The notes: generated from the letters alone by a model not told the origin. A stretch of 64,000 bases of DNA from Octopus vulgaris (GCA_951406725.2 OX597832.1:56916001-56980000), one strand, 5' to 3'. Shown: positions 1-13,591, counted from the first letter of the stretch. Numbers and translations are program-made.

Positions 1-310
1 GAAAAAGTCCTTTTCAAAACGTTTTTACAATCAAATGTTCTTGTTGAAGCCCAAAGGCTCCAGTAAAACTGTTTCATTCTGTGCATTTTTGAAATTGTTA
101 GCTTTTCCAAATCTGTTTATATAATGTCATTTTGTTATAACACGATGTTTCTTAGATGCCTCATAATTTACAAGTATACACACACACACATATGCACACA
201 TGTTGGAGACGAGGAGAAGGGCGCTAAGCCCACAACATTAGAAGCCCCCAAGATGAAATTTGTGAGGTTGAACGAGACCAATGCAGTTAGTAGCAACCCT
301 GAACATAAGT

Positions 311-610
311 CATCATCATCATCATCATCATCGTTTAGCGTCCGCTTTCCATGCTAGCATGGGTTGGACGGTTCAATTGGGGTCTGGGAAGCCAGAAGGC
401 TGTGCCAGGCCCAGTCTGATTTGTCAATGTTTCTACGGCTGGATGCCCTTCCTAACACCAACCACTCCGAGAGTGTAGTGGGTGCTTTTTACGTCCCACT
501 GGCACAGGTGCCAGACGAGGCTGGCAAACAGCCATGATCGGATGGTGCTTTTTACGTGCCACCGGAATGGAGGCCAGGCCAGGCTGGCAACAGTCATGGA
601 TGGTGCTCTT
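311..610 (-). mobile_element. 5'-truncated RTE-type LINE 3' end (family C)
   Basis: Reverse complement of the family-C tail (gttaggaagggcatccag...aacccatgctagcatggaaagcggacgctaaac(gat)n). Matches the longer copy at 3186-3860. Confidence 0.75.
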
Positions 611-719
611 TAGGGTTAGTGGAGGATTGAAATTTGTTTAGGGAGTGCAACTACAGGTAAATAAATTTTTAACAGATAAGGTCGATATTTTTCAGACATA
701 ATATCAAAACAAACACAAA

Positions 720-925
720 TAAAAAAATGGTTTCAAATTTTGGTACAAGGCCAGCAAGTCTGGAGGTGGTGGGGAATCAATTACATCAACCCCAGTACTT
801 TACCGGTACTTATTTTATCAACCGTGAAAGGATGTAAAGCAAAGTTGACCTTGGCAGAATTTGAACTCAGAACATAAAAACGGACAAAATGCTGCTAAGC
901 ATGTTATTTAGCTTGCTAACAGGTC
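720..925 (-). mobile_element. SINE family B, degenerate copy
   Basis: Reverse complement of gagttcaaattc...ctttgcctttcatcctttc...gataaaataagtacc, as in the copy at 17979-18215. Confidence 0.7.
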
Positions 926-977
926 TCTCAGATAGTTGCCTTAAATGATGATGATGATGATGATGATGATGATGTTG

Positions 978-1016
<39 letters not shown>

Positions 1017-1019
<3 letters not shown>

Positions 1020-1586
1020 GCTTTCTAATCAATGTATCAATACCAGCAGATGACAACGTGTCTCTACAGTATAGGCACACACCAGAAAAGGTCACAGAAA
1101 ACGAGAAAGCAACCATACTCTGGGATATGCCAATACACAAAGATAGAGAAATTAAGGCCAACAGACCACATATAGTTGTCAGAGATCATGAAGAAAAAAA
1201 ATGCTTTCTAATTGATGTATCAATACCAGCAGATGACAACGTTTCACTAAATGAAACGGAGAAACTTTCAAAATACAAAGACCTGGAAATAGAGGTAACT
1301 CGAATAGGGAATCTAAAAAGAGAAACAATTCCTATCACAGTAGATGCATTAGGTATGATAAAAAAATATTCAGACAAATACATAAGAAAAACACCAGGAC
1401 TTACAAATAGATATAACATACAGAAAATTGCACTACTGGGCACTGCACACATCCTATGCAAAACAATTTCAATACAGAAACCATAAGAGCATCACAAGAA
1501 ATCACAGCACATACCCAAGACACACAGAGCTGCACTCGGTAGTGAAGTGAAAGCATGCTATAAAAATAAGACTACTGAATAATAAT
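1017..1586 (+). mobile_element. Dong/R4-clade non-LTR retrotransposon 3' fragment (restriction-like endonuclease domain plus 3'UTR)
   Basis: ORF 1058-1486 reads ILWDMPIHKDREIKANRPHIVV..CFLIDVSIP..EKLSKYKDL..IQKIALLGTAHIL, the RLE (RPD..D..K..KY) C-terminus with the catalytic PD changed to PH. Flanked by (TAA)n at 978-1016 and AATAATAAT at about 1578-1586. Confidence 0.85.
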
Positions 1587-1634
1587 GAGGAGGGGGAGGA
1601 GGTGGTGGCGGAAGAGGAGGAGGAGGAGGAAGAT

Positions 1635-1850
1635 CCTTTCTACTATGGGCACAAGGCCTGAAAATTTTGTGAGGAGGAGACTAGTCGATTACATCGACCC
1701 CCAGTATTTCACTGGTACTTAATTTATCGACCTCAAAAGGATGAAATGCAAAGCCGACCTTGACGGAATTTGAACTCGGGATGTAAGTGGCAGATGAAAT
1801 ACCGCTAAGCATTTCACCCAGTGTGCTAATGATTCTCCCAGTTGCCACCT
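1635..1850 (-). mobile_element. SINE family B
   Basis: Reverse complement of the family-B head, B-box and central domain. Confidence 0.75.
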
Positions 1851-1888
1851 TAATAATAATGATAATGATAATAATAATAATGATGATG

Positions 1889-1923
<35 letters not shown>

Positions 1924-2016
1924 TAATAATAATAATAATAATAATGATAATAATTCCTATTATTATTATTATTATTATTATGATTATTATTATTATTATC
2001 ATCATTATTATTATTA
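1851..2016. repeat. (TAA)n switching to (TTA)n microsatellite
   Basis: Read directly; the orientation flips at about 1955. Confidence 0.95.
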
Positions 2017-3185
2017 TTTTATTACATTTGTGCATCAATCAAATCAGATAAATCTAATAATGGAAAAATAATATTTGAAATCGTTCCAAAAATGTTTCTG
2101 AACTTCTTTGTTTTGGTAATGAAATTTTTCAGGAGGATGTTCAAAGTATTTTTTTTTTATTGACTCCCAAAATGTTAGCAGATGCGTTTGCACTTGTGCA
2201 CCCCTGCTTCAAAGCCTACGACCCTGTGCAGTTTACAAGCACACACCTTCATCATTGACACATACATACACCGCATGCATACACTATACATCCATAAACA
2301 TATACACTCCTGCATTCCTCCAACTTTGCTCTCACGGTTCCTTGATAAAAGACTATTCTACCAGGAATATTTCCTGCAATATGCACTTGCATGCATGCAC
2401 ATGTTTTACAGGTAACTCACTAAGAGAAGAAAAAAAATGTGCACAACAAAGTTTCCAAGATAAAACTGATTTTTTTTTAAACTGACAAAAATATTTATAC
2501 AATTTTATAATAAAATCTTAAATAATATATACTCAAAAATGGTGTATATTTACTTAGGTGATAGCTGTGGTGTTTGAGCATTGGTTACTAGCATGCACTA
2601 GTGTAGCTAGAGTGTGTGCCACCCGGGGTGACCCTTCTGTTTGCTGACCCTTGACCCCACATAAAAGACATATTACCTACAGCAGACCCAAAAGTGCCAC
2701 ACCTTTAAAAGTGCTACTCAGGGCGGCCCTTCTATTTCATGACCCTGGATCCCATAAAAAACACATATTTCCTACAGTCTTTATAATTCAGGTCACTGCC
2801 TGGAATCGAACAGGGAATCTTTGGGTTAGTAACCCGAGCTTTTAACCACTACACCACTACACCAGATGAGATCGGATGGTGCTTTTTACATGCCACCGGC
2901 ACAGAAGCCAGTCAAAGCGGCACTGGCATCGGCCACATTCAGATGGTGCTTTTTACATGCTACTGGCACAGGGGTCACAACTACAATTTCCATTTGATTG
3001 GATTTTGATATTGCTTACATTGAACAGAACAACCTATATGTTCTGCCAGCTTTATATTCAAAATGACCGGATCAGGCCTCTCTGCAATATCCTACAATGT
3101 CATTCTAAAAATAAACAATCGCTTCTTTGAGTTCTCAATGCTACAAGATAATTCATGATTAATTTTAAACAATCTGAATAAATAC

Positions 3186-3860
3186 ACATTGCCTCACCGA
3201 GGCAATGACTAATGACCGGGACCTTTGGAAATATGCTGTGCTTGAGAAGACTTGGCAAGCTCAAGTGAGACCATAACCTTGTGGCCTGTGCAAGGGGTGT
3301 AACCAACCCACTTATGCGTACCTTTCCTTCACTGGACACTAAACTCTACTTGTGAAGACCTGTTGAGGCAAGTGAAATCGAAATCGAAATCAAATTCAAT
3401 AACTGGCATCTGTTGCTAGTGGAGCGCTAAGAGTACCATACAAGTGTGATTGTTGCCAAGAGCAACAAGCTGGCCTCCGTGCCGGTGGCACATAAAAAGC
3501 ACCATTTGAGTGTAATTGTTACCTGCGTTGCCTTACTGGCAATTGTGCTGGTGGCACGTGAAAAAACATTCGAGCAAGGTCGTTGCCAGTGCCGCTGTGC
3601 AGGTGGCACATAAAAAGCACCATTTGAGTGTGGCCATTACCAGTACCGCCTGACTGGCCCTCATGCCAGTGGCACATAAAAGCACCCATTACACTCTCGG
3701 AGTGGTTGGCATTAGGAAGGGCATCCAGCTGTAGAAACACTGCCAGATCAGATTTGAACCAGGTGCAGCCATCTGGTTTGCCAGACCTCAGTCAAATCGT
3801 CTAACCCATGCTAGCGTGGAAAGCGGACGTTAAACGATGATGATGAGGATGATGATGATG
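3186..3860 (+). mobile_element. RTE-type LINE 3' end (family C), longest copy
   Basis: Begins with LTEAMTNDRDLWKYAVLEKT, resembling the DR..W C-terminus of RTE ORFs. Followed by a 3'UTR with internal ggtggcacrtaaaaagcacc repeats and a (GAT)n tail. Other copies at about 5488-5850, 10508-10894, 14519-14920(-), 32400-32620(-), 36460-36780(-), 37870-38065, 44656-44810, 46005-46270(-), 53705-53905, 57980-58180(-) and 59965-60195. Confidence 0.7.
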
Positions 3861-4264
3861 AGGCATGATGCATATGATAAGATAACCTGAGTGGTAAAGG
3901 GTTAAGATCCAATGAGGTACGAAGCTATTAGGCCGTTTCTCAGAATATCTTCCTCTTGCCATCCTGTCCCACAGACACGCCAAACTACTTCTTATGTTAT
4001 TTTTACATTGTCATCTTACACTAACCAATGGTGTCAGCTGTCAAAGCTTGCAATGTCTTCAATTCTGACATTTACAATCTCCTACACTTTTAGCAATCAC
4101 CATCAGTAGATTGTCTTGTTGATCAGTACTAACATCTGTTGTCATCTGAAGTGGGGGGGGTTATGTTGGTTTTTAATTTCTTTCTGGATCTTTCTCTCAT
4201 TCTTCGTCATCAACTCCCCCCCCCATTCCACTTCCGTTTTCACAACCTGATTTTTTTATTTCAA

Positions 4265-4295
<31 letters not shown>

Positions 4296-4659
4296 TGTCC
4301 AACTCATTCACAATTTTTTTTGTTTGTTCGGTTTCTTTTTTTTTACCTTGTTATTTTACAATTATCGCCAATTGACTTTAAATAGCTGATTGAAGTTTTA
4401 GCCCAAATAACAAATGAACAATCAAATGTGTGTGTGTGTATTTGTTTGAGTGTGTGTTTGCTTGTGTGTGTGCATGTGTGTGTGTGTGTGTGTGTGTGCA
4501 TATATTTGAGTGTGTGTGTGCATATATTTGAGTGTGTTGGCATGCATACGTTATCAATGCACCTGAGAATGAAAGGCTTCCATTATGTCTTTCGGGTTCT
4601 ATCTCTCATTTTTTTCTCTTAGATCTGAACTAGCATGTTGAATGTATACAATGAGAAGT

Positions 4660-4709
<50 letters not shown>

Positions 4710-5857
4710 TTAAAAGGAAAAATGAAAAGCAAATGCCAGGGAATTTTATCAAGAAGCTGTACTACATAGGGAACCAATAATCATGGTCGAGAAGCGATGA
4801 GGCACAAACCTTTTGGCATGGAACCAGGAAGGAAGCAAAAGAAATTTGGAAGGATTCAACAATACCAAAGCATCCTCTGCTTTACTGTTAGTCATTTTGC
4901 AGGTCTTAGACTGGAACTGTTCCAACTGATGATGGTGCTGGAGGTGGGGAAGAGTATTTTTACCGAATTCTATAAGCAATGTTCTACATCTCTACTGGTG
5001 CAGTGTAGCTTCTATTTGAGAAAAATATATTTTAGGGTTTGAAGGTTGTATGGGTTTTGATTCTGTGCAGGATAGTGAAATCTGAAAACACACATCTAGA
5101 AAGGGGTCTTTGTTCTCTTATGTTATTTATCCCTTTAATCTGTCCGAAATTGTTCTATGTCAGCTGATCCCTTCAATTAAGGTGCTTCATCTCTGACCTG
5201 AGTGTCTCAAAGGGTCAGAGGGTATGGTAACACAAGAAGATGTGATGCGTGCTGCTTTTATTAGGGAGCAATAGCTTGTATGCATTGATCTGTATTGATT
5301 GATTCATGAGCCATCAATACAATAGGGAGAGGGAAGCGATATTAACGGTTGGATAAGGAATAAGGTTTGGGTCTGGAAGTGAAAATGAGGTGGCAGAGAA
5401 TTTGGTGAAGGGGAATGTCTACAGGTCAGTAGTGCATTTATTTATTTAATTACTTTAATGCTTTCATTACCATATTTTTGTGGCGTTAAGAAGGGCCTCC
5501 AGCTGTAGAAACCATGCCAAATCAGACTAGAGTCTGGTGCAGCCCCTCAGCTTATCAGCCCTGGTCAAACCGTCCAACCCATGCCAGCATGGACAATGGA
5601 TGCTAAATGATGATGGTGATGTTGATAAATGACTCGTTAAGCCAAGTGAAATCATAGATGTGTTTGTTGCCAGTGTCATGCAAATGGCACCTGTGCCAGT
5701 GGCACGTAAAAGGCACCCATTATACTTTTGGAATGGTTGGTGTTAGGAAAGGCTTCCAGCCATACAAACCATGCCAAATCAGACTGGAACCTGGTGCAGC
5801 TCTCTGGCTTACCAATTCCAGTCAAGCCATTTGACTCATGCCAGCATGGAAAGCAGA

Positions 5858-6253
5858 CTCTTTTACTTGTTTCAGTCATTTGACTGCGGCCATGCTGGAG
5901 CACTGCCTTTAGTCGAGCAAATCAACCCCAGGACTTATTCTTTGTAAGCCTAGTACTTATTCTATTGATCTCTTTATTTTCTGCCAAACCGCTAAGTTAC
6001 GGGTACGTAAACACACCAGCATCGTTTGTCAAGTGATGTTGGGGGGGTGGGGTGGACAAACACAGACACACAAACATACACACACATATACATACATATA
6101 CGACGGGCTTCTTTCAGTTTCCGTCTACCAAATCCACTCACAAGGCTTTGGTCGGCCTGAGGCTATAGTAGAAGACACTTGCCCAAGGTGCCACGCAGTG
6201 GAACTGAACCCGGAATCATGTGGTTCTTAAGCAAGCTACTTACCACATAGCCA
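5858..6253 (-). mobile_element. tRNA-derived SINE family A
   Basis: Reverse complement of the full-length copy at 17071-17488. Confidence 0.9.
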
Positions 6254-6610
6254 TGATGATGATGATGATGATGAAGAATTTAGTAAAAAAAATAGTATGA
6301 AACTTCGATGGAAGGCTTTGATTTTGATCACTTTAACCCATTTTTTATCATATTTCTGATATTTCTGTTGAAATGCACTAATTTTGTTTCAATTCATTTC
6401 ATAACTAATGCAGGATTGCTTAAAATAACTTGGTCATTATTTATTCGGTGTGGGGAAACAAATTAATGAGGAATCTGATGCAAGGTTTCAATTTAGAGGT
6501 CATGGAACCAGGCATGGTTGGTCTCAGGCTGATTGATATTAAGAGAATTAAACATCCCTGTAAAGCTTGGAAACCGTGATAAACTGGAGAAGGTGGATGA
6601 AGAGGGTAAT

Positions 6611-6945
6611 GACACCCTTCGATCATGAGTAACCAAGGGATTATACCTAGAAAGTTATCCTCAAAGGCATAAGCCCAGGCAAGGTTGTGTACGGAAGACC
6701 AGCAGTCACCCATGGATACAAGCCACCACCTCCTCTCTACACTACTGATGTGATCCAAGGGAAAGGCAAAGGCCGATACAGCATGGCACCAACAACGTCG
6801 CAGTTCATTTCTACAGCTGAGCGAACTGGAGCATCATGAATAATGAAGAGTCTTGCTCAAGAACACAAAATACAGCCTGATCTGGGAATCAAACTCACTA
6901 TCTCATGATTGTGAGCCTGACACTTTAACCACTGAGCCATGTGCC
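6611..6945 (-). mobile_element. tRNA-derived SINE family D
   Basis: Minus strand has A-box tggctcagtgg, a B-box-like gagtttgattcc and gtgttcttgagcaagac. A second copy lies at 14158-14471(-). Confidence 0.75.
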
Positions 6946-7014
6946 GTCATAAGGTATATAATAACACTTACACACAAAAAAAAAGGAAGGAAGGCATTGA
7001 GAAGTGGAAATATA

Positions 7015-7405
7015 AGAAGTGGTTGTGTGGTAAGTAGCTTGCTTACCAACCGCATAGTTCTGGTTTCAGTCCCACTGTGTGGCACCTTGGGCAAGTATCT
7101 CCTACTATATCCTCGGGTGGATTAAAGCCTTGCGAGTAGATTTGGTAGATGGAAACTGAAAGAAGCCCAACGTATGTATGTGTGTGCGTGCGTGTTTGTG
7201 TGCATGCATGTGTGCATGCATGCATGCATGTATGTTTGTGTGTGTCTGTGTTTGTACCCCCAACATTACTTGACAACCAATGCCGGTGTGTTTACTTAGT
7301 GGTTCAGCAAAAGAGACCCATAGAATAAGTACTAGGCTTACAAAGAATAAGTCCTGGGGTCGATTTGTTCAACTAAAGCCGGTTCTCCAGCACGGCCACA
7401 GTCAA
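7015..7405 (+). mobile_element. tRNA-derived SINE family A
   Basis: Matches 17071-17488. Confidence 0.9.
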
Positions 7406-7406
7406 A

Positions 7407-7627
7407 TTAAGAGAAATTCTTTTTATTTTATTTGTTTCGGTCATTCAGAATGAAACAAATAAAATTTCTCTTAAATTTCGTTTTGGATTTGGTTTGTAAG
7501 ATTCTTTATGTGAGTTTGTGTGTTGAAGCGTATTCTGTTGTGTCTGGGGAGAGTCATTCTCTTTTGGTGAATGTGTTAAATTATAAGGCACCAAAAGAGA
7601 ATTACTCTTCCCAGACACTACAGAATA
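7407..7627. repeat. Two adjacent inverted repeats from one repeat family (possibly a Penelope-like tail)
   Basis: Arms 7407-7438/7452-7474 and 7531-7569/7589-7627. The same sequence recurs at about 26630-26682. Confidence 0.7.
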
Positions 7628-7676
7628 TTCTCTTAAATTGTTTTATGGCTTTCTTGAATTGAAAGATCTTACTTAA

Positions 7677-7897
7677 CCCTTTCATCACTGTATTTATTTT
7701 GAGATACTTTGTGTTTCTTTCAATTACTTTAAATATAACAAAGAATTTAGTAAAACAACTTAGTTATCATTCAGCTAGTGTTAGGAATATAAATTGTGAC
7801 TAATGTTTGGTGGAAGATTTTAATTCAAAACTTATGAAAACAAGACATTTGTACTACAGAGGCAGAGCTGGTTTCAGCCAGGTTGGTACCGAAAGGG
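7677..7897 (+). mobile_element. piggyBac-like MITE
   Basis: TTAA|CCCTTTC...GAAAGGG|TTAA. A tandem second copy lies at 7929-8149. Confidence 0.85.
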
Positions 7898-7928
7898 TTA
7901 AGAATCGTTTCTCTATTATATATTTTAA

Positions 7929-8149
7929 GCTTTTTGTCACCATATTTCTGTTGAGATGCTCTGTGTTTCTTTCAATTAATTTTAAATATAACAAAGAATT
8001 TAGTAAAATAACTTAGTTATCATTAAGCTAGAGTTAGCAACATAAATTGTGACTAAGGTTTGGTGGAAGATTTTAATTCAAAACTAATGGAAACAAGACA
8101 TTTATACTCAGAGCCAGAGTTGGTTTCAACTGGGTTGGTAACGAAAGGG
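7929..8149 (+). mobile_element. piggyBac-like MITE, second copy
   Basis: Body closely matches 7677-7897. Ends GTAACGAAAGGG|TTAA; the left TIR is degenerate. Confidence 0.8.
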
Positions 8150-9359
8150 TTAAGAACTGGTGGATTCTTGAAAATATATTCTAACAAAATAATTTCAACT
8201 AACTTGAGTAGTCTAAGATTTTTTAAATGCCCACTCTCTCAGACATAGAGTTTTTGGGGTTCAAAAAAATAAATGCTATCAGGTTTTTGAATAATCTTTA
8301 CAAGATCATAAAAGTGATTCCATACAATCTGTTTATGAAAGAATATAGTTCAAAGGAACAAGGTTGGTTCACAAATGACAAGTTCTTTGTTAACCTCTTG
8401 CTATAAAAGTAGGTGGCAGTACTTAATGGTTCAAAGAATTTAAAATAGCAGTGTGTGTGTGCGCGCATGTGAATGCGTGTGTGTGTGTGTGTGTGTGTGA
8501 AAGAACAAGAGGAAGTTAGAGAGTAAAATAGAGAATTCTAGGAGACACTTGAGAACCGAAAGATGTGGTGGAACGCATGACAGCTGAGTAAATATATTTA
8601 GTTTGAGCATGAAGTGAACTGATCTCTCTTAAGATGGCATTTTTAATGTCATAAATGGTATTATGAAAATAATTACAATGATTACAAATATTGTAATGTT
8701 AGCAAGATCTTTTTTTTTTTTCCCCTGCTTTAATATTTTGATATTTTTCGGTATTTTCTCTATGAAAAAAAGAAAAGAAGAAAATAGAAAATTTTTCATT
8801 TGGGGTTTTTTCTTTTGGGTTTTTTTTCTTTTGGTTTTTAACTGAAATGAATAAAGAGAGAAAAATGGTGTAAAAAAGAGACAATAGATGTCATTATGAT
8901 GTATTTTAGTTGGATATTTCCTCTGGGTATCTTTCATCTAAAAAAATAAAATATTAATGACAATGATGTGAAAAGTGGAATCGTTAAAGCTGAATGAAAC
9001 GTTGACGATGAGATGATAATAATTTGTAATGAAAGTGTTTTAACGAATGCAATCATCATCATCTTCGTCATCCTCAAAGACATCATCTTCTTGATAAAAC
9101 GAAACAATGGCTACTGTTGAATGGAAATCTGGAAGGTAGTGTGTGTGTGTGTGTGTGTGGAGAGAGAGAGAGAGAGAGAGAGGGAGAAGGAGAGAGGCAG
9201 GTTTTGTGTGTCTGAAGTAATATGCAACAAGCGCAGGTAGAGTGAGGACATGGTGGTGGTTGTAACCCACAGAAGATGTAGGGAAGTAGTAGTGAGTTAG
9301 GGAGGGAGTTTTTAACATCAAGTTAGAGGATTGCCGTTTTTTTTGGACGCAGTCTTAAA

Positions 9360-9790
9360 ATGTGCATGCGCATGGATGCATGTGTATGTGCATGCATGTC
9401 TCTGTATGTGTGTATGTGTGGGTATGTAAGTGAGTATGTGTGTGTGTGAGTGTATGTGAGTGAGTATGCGTGTGTGTGAGTGTATGCGAGTGAGTATGCG
9501 TGTGTGTGAGTGTATGCGAGTGAGAGTGTATGTGCGTGTGTATGTGAGTGAATGTGTATGTGTGTGTGTGTGTGCGATTGACAGTATATATGCATGTGTG
9601 TATGTGAGTGTGTGCATGTGTGTATGCGAGTGAGTGTGTATGTGTGTGTATGCGAGTGAGAGTGTATATGCATGTGTGTATGTGAGTGTGTGCATGTGTA
9701 TGCAAGTGAATGTGTATGTGTGTGTATGCGAGTGTGTATGTGTATGTGAATGAGAGTGTGTGTGAGTATGTGTGTGTGTGTGTGCATGCA
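9360..9790. repeat. Degenerate (TG)-rich minisatellite
   Basis: Recurrent gtgagtgtatgcgagtgag units. Confidence 0.9.
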
Positions 9791-11093
9791 AAAGCAACAC
9801 CGTCTCAGATACCACTCCTGTTATTGCACAACAAATATTGACCGCACACTTAATTAACTTTTATTTACCTTAGGTTACATGAAATTACAAAATAGATTTT
9901 AGAAGCCAAACAACGAAGACGAATTTGTGATTAACTAACTAGCGTCACACCACACTTTTCAGACCAAAATTTATTGTAAAAAAAAGATAGGTTGACTTAT
10001 ACAGCAAGACGACTTTTGAGGACCCAAAATCCCTTGTGAAACACAACAAGATCTGTAAAGATTAAGACAATATTTGAAAATTTACACTATATACTACACA
10101 GGGCCAGATTACAACCCCTCGAGGCCCTAAGCACTTAAAAGGTTTTGGTGCCTGCATAAAAGATTATGTAATTCAAAGTATAAACAATAACAAACCATAA
10201 AATAACTTTTTACTTTTCAAAATGAAACAAAACAGTAAGAGGGAAAATAATGTTTATTTTTGTATACTTCCACTTTATTTATATTTGAAAAGTTTCGTCC
10301 TACTTTTTTGAATTGCGAAATCTTTGATCAGACATGCTACCCAAGATTCCAACTCTTTGGCCCCCTCCACTTCCTTGGACCGATACTTGATTCACCAACC
10401 CTGAAACCATGAAAATCAATGTTGCCCTTGCAGGAATTTCAACTTAAAACACAAAGAATCAGAACGGCCATGGTCAAATAAACGAAACAATTAAAAGAAT
10501 AAAACAACGGTGGCACGTAAAAAGTACCATTCGAGCGTGATTGTTACCAGTGTCACCTTACTGACACTTGTGCTGGTGGCACATGAAAAAATATTCCAGC
10601 GAGGTCATTGCCAGTGCTGCTGGACTGGCTCCTGTGCAGGTGGCACATAAAAAACACCATCTGAGCATGGCTGTTACCAGTACCGCCTGACTGGCCCTCG
10701 TGCTGGTGGCACGTAAAAGCACCCACTACACTCTCAGAGTGGTTGACATTAGGAAGGGCATCCAGCTGTAGAAATTCTGCCAGATCAAATTGGCGTCTGG
10801 TGCAGCCATCTGGTTCGCCCATCCTCAGTCAACCCGTCCAACCCATGCTAGCATGGAAAGCGGACGTTAAACGATGATGATGATGATGATGATGACTGCT
10901 AATCATTCAACTGAACAACAAACCAATGACTTGGCTAATCCATCCTTTTGATAATCCAATCTATGTAGGTATGAATGAAAGCCAAAATCATCTCATTTGA
11001 AAATTCTTGAATGAAGAAAAACCCAATCCAGAATGCATAAGTTGCAGTAGAATGCAAAGGTAATTATACACACTAGTTTACCCTACTCACAAT

Positions 11094-12062
11094 TTGGTAG
11101 TTAGGGGTGCTCAGCTCCCACTGCACTTAGCCCAAGACTCCATCCATGACGACCACTCTCTTTCTTTAGAAGTGGAGCGAGAGGGCACCGTGGGGGTGTC
11201 AAGCCCCACACCAGCAGGAGACGAGTTTTCATTATCTATTCCCTGTGCGTCATGCTCCATAGCCTGTCCACTATGTCCTCAGCACTTCTCCTCTCACCAA
11301 CACTGGAGGGAACATATAGATTGTAGGCTGGTCTACAAATGTAGTAAGTGTGATAGGGAGAGCAGACACCTTCATTCACCACCTGTCCAACACCCGTGGA
11401 CATGTTTTCTAACACCCGTGGACATGTTTTCAAAGTCAGGAAACAGCACAGCCCCCATGACTTTTGGAAACATTTTTTCACGCTGAGAGTTGCTGAAGCA
11501 TGGAACAAACTGCTGGCATCAGTTGTTAGTTATTGGAGCACTGCATCCTTCGAAACTTCCATACTTCCTGAGATTCACCAACACTACACCTGATTTTCTC
11601 CCCTCCATACACACACACAAGCATGTATCTGACTCATACACTGTTCACTTTCCAGACATTTGTACATTACTGCATATGCTTTATATGCACTTTTGACAAG
11701 TTGTAGTGCACCTGAGCACTGCATACAATAATTTTATTATTATTATTATTATTATTCTATGAGGTGTCACACTGGCTTATGTGGGGGTGCATCTGGTGTG
11801 CCTGCCCTTGGTCCTACTCAGTCTTTCTTCGGGTGTGACTACTGCAGCTATTCTTTTTTGACGGTTGTAGGTCAATCGCAGCACGTATGCCATAAACATC
11901 CTGTTCCCACCAATGAACGCAGGATCGCTGCTCATAAGGAGCAGCTGGCTAGAAAGTGTGCAGATTGAGTGGCCACTGCTGAGGCCTCTGACTGAAGATG
12001 CAGGGGCTGTTGATCAGACGAGGAAGTAGCGGTCCTTGTCAAGAAGGAAGCTAACATTCTTA
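11094..12062 (+). mobile_element. R2-like retrotransposon N-terminal fragment (3 zinc fingers plus Myb-like domain), interrupted and decayed
   Basis: Motifs in order: CPLC-x12-H; CSKC-x12-H-x3-C (restored across the insertion); CDYC..F.T..GQSQH..HKHP..NERR; then *SDEEVAVLVKKEANIL (Myb-like WS.EE...L...EA). Confidence 0.8.
11378..11757 (+). mobile_element. CR1/L2-like LINE 3' end inserted in the R2-like fragment
   Basis: Translates NTRGHVFKVRKQ..KHFFTLRVAEAWNKL..VV, the post-RT C-terminal motif, then an (ATT)n tail. ATTC occurs at both junctions. The same 3' tail recurs at about 57160-57218. Confidence 0.85.
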
Positions 12063-12840
12063 CAAATAAATAATGGATGTAAAAAACTAATATCATTTGA
12101 TATCTTGTGAGATAAATTTCATGATCTTTGTAAGTTTTTCTCATGAGTAAAGCAATTTTTTTTTTTGAAAAGGATAAAATGTCTTCTTAGAGAGTAAAAT
12201 AAAATAAATTATAGAATTCAGAAATAAAAATATATAATAAATAAAAATGAGAAAATAATTTAATATAAAGTAACTTGCACCCCCATCCACACTCCGTTTA
12301 CATTCTCCTTCCACACACATACATGCATACACACACACACACATTTTGAATTTTCTATCATGGAACTATACATTCTCTCTTCAGGATTTCTATAGAAACA
12401 ATAGATATGCATACGTACGCTTACATATACATAGCTGTTCATATATCTATTTCTATCAATATTTATCTATAACTATCTATGTACATATGTGTGTATATAT
12501 ATATCTATATATATATATATACATAAATATATATATATACATATATATGTGTACATACACACACTCAAACTTGCACACATATATATATACATACATATAT
12601 AATATATATATATATGTCTGTGTGCATACATATACATGTAAACAAAACACACTCACAAAGACACACACCCACACAAGCTTCAGAGGTTCCTAAGTTTCAA
12701 AGAAAAGAAAACGTCATACTTTCTCCTTCTCTCTCCCTTTCTTATTGGTGAGAAGACAATTTATCAAAGTAAGTCAATGATTCATTCTACTGTCAAGCCC
12801 TCACACCTTCTCAGAATGCTTTCACCCACCCACCCTCTGT

Positions 12841-13166
<326 letters not shown>

Positions 13167-13240
13167 GGCTAATTGAAGTGGAAAGTACCTAGAACCACTC
13201 TTATATACATACACACACACAACACAACACAACACAACAC

Positions 13241-13273
<33 letters not shown>

Positions 13274-13540
13274 ACCTAGTAAAGTCCATATTCACTCAGA
13301 CATAATCACACCTGGTTTCATTCATTCATTCATTCATGTTCTGGGCTTATCAATGAGATAGAATTATCCAATGCAAACTATTCCGTACTTGCCTGACATT
13401 AATATCGAGTGTCATTAAAGTTATTGTACAATTACAACTGACAAGAGTGTCAAGTTACACGCCAAACATCACCACCACCACCACCACTACTAATAATAAT
13501 ACAACACACACACACACACCCATGTATATATGTAGGTATG

Positions 13541-13591
<51 letters not shown>

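Noticed and set aside
3420-3690. CRISPR-like repeat/spacer pattern (ggtggcacrtaaaaagcacc)
   Set aside because: Internal tandem repeats of a LINE 3'UTR; the spacers are related to each other and the DNA is eukaryotic.
4749-5430. Unique higher-GC segment
   Set aside because: Only short ORFs and no recognisable motif; probably a decayed TE but unassignable.
9040-9140. Acidic peptide QEDDVFEDDEDDDD on the minus strand
   Set aside because: Explained by a degenerate (CAT)n repeat; no other coding support.
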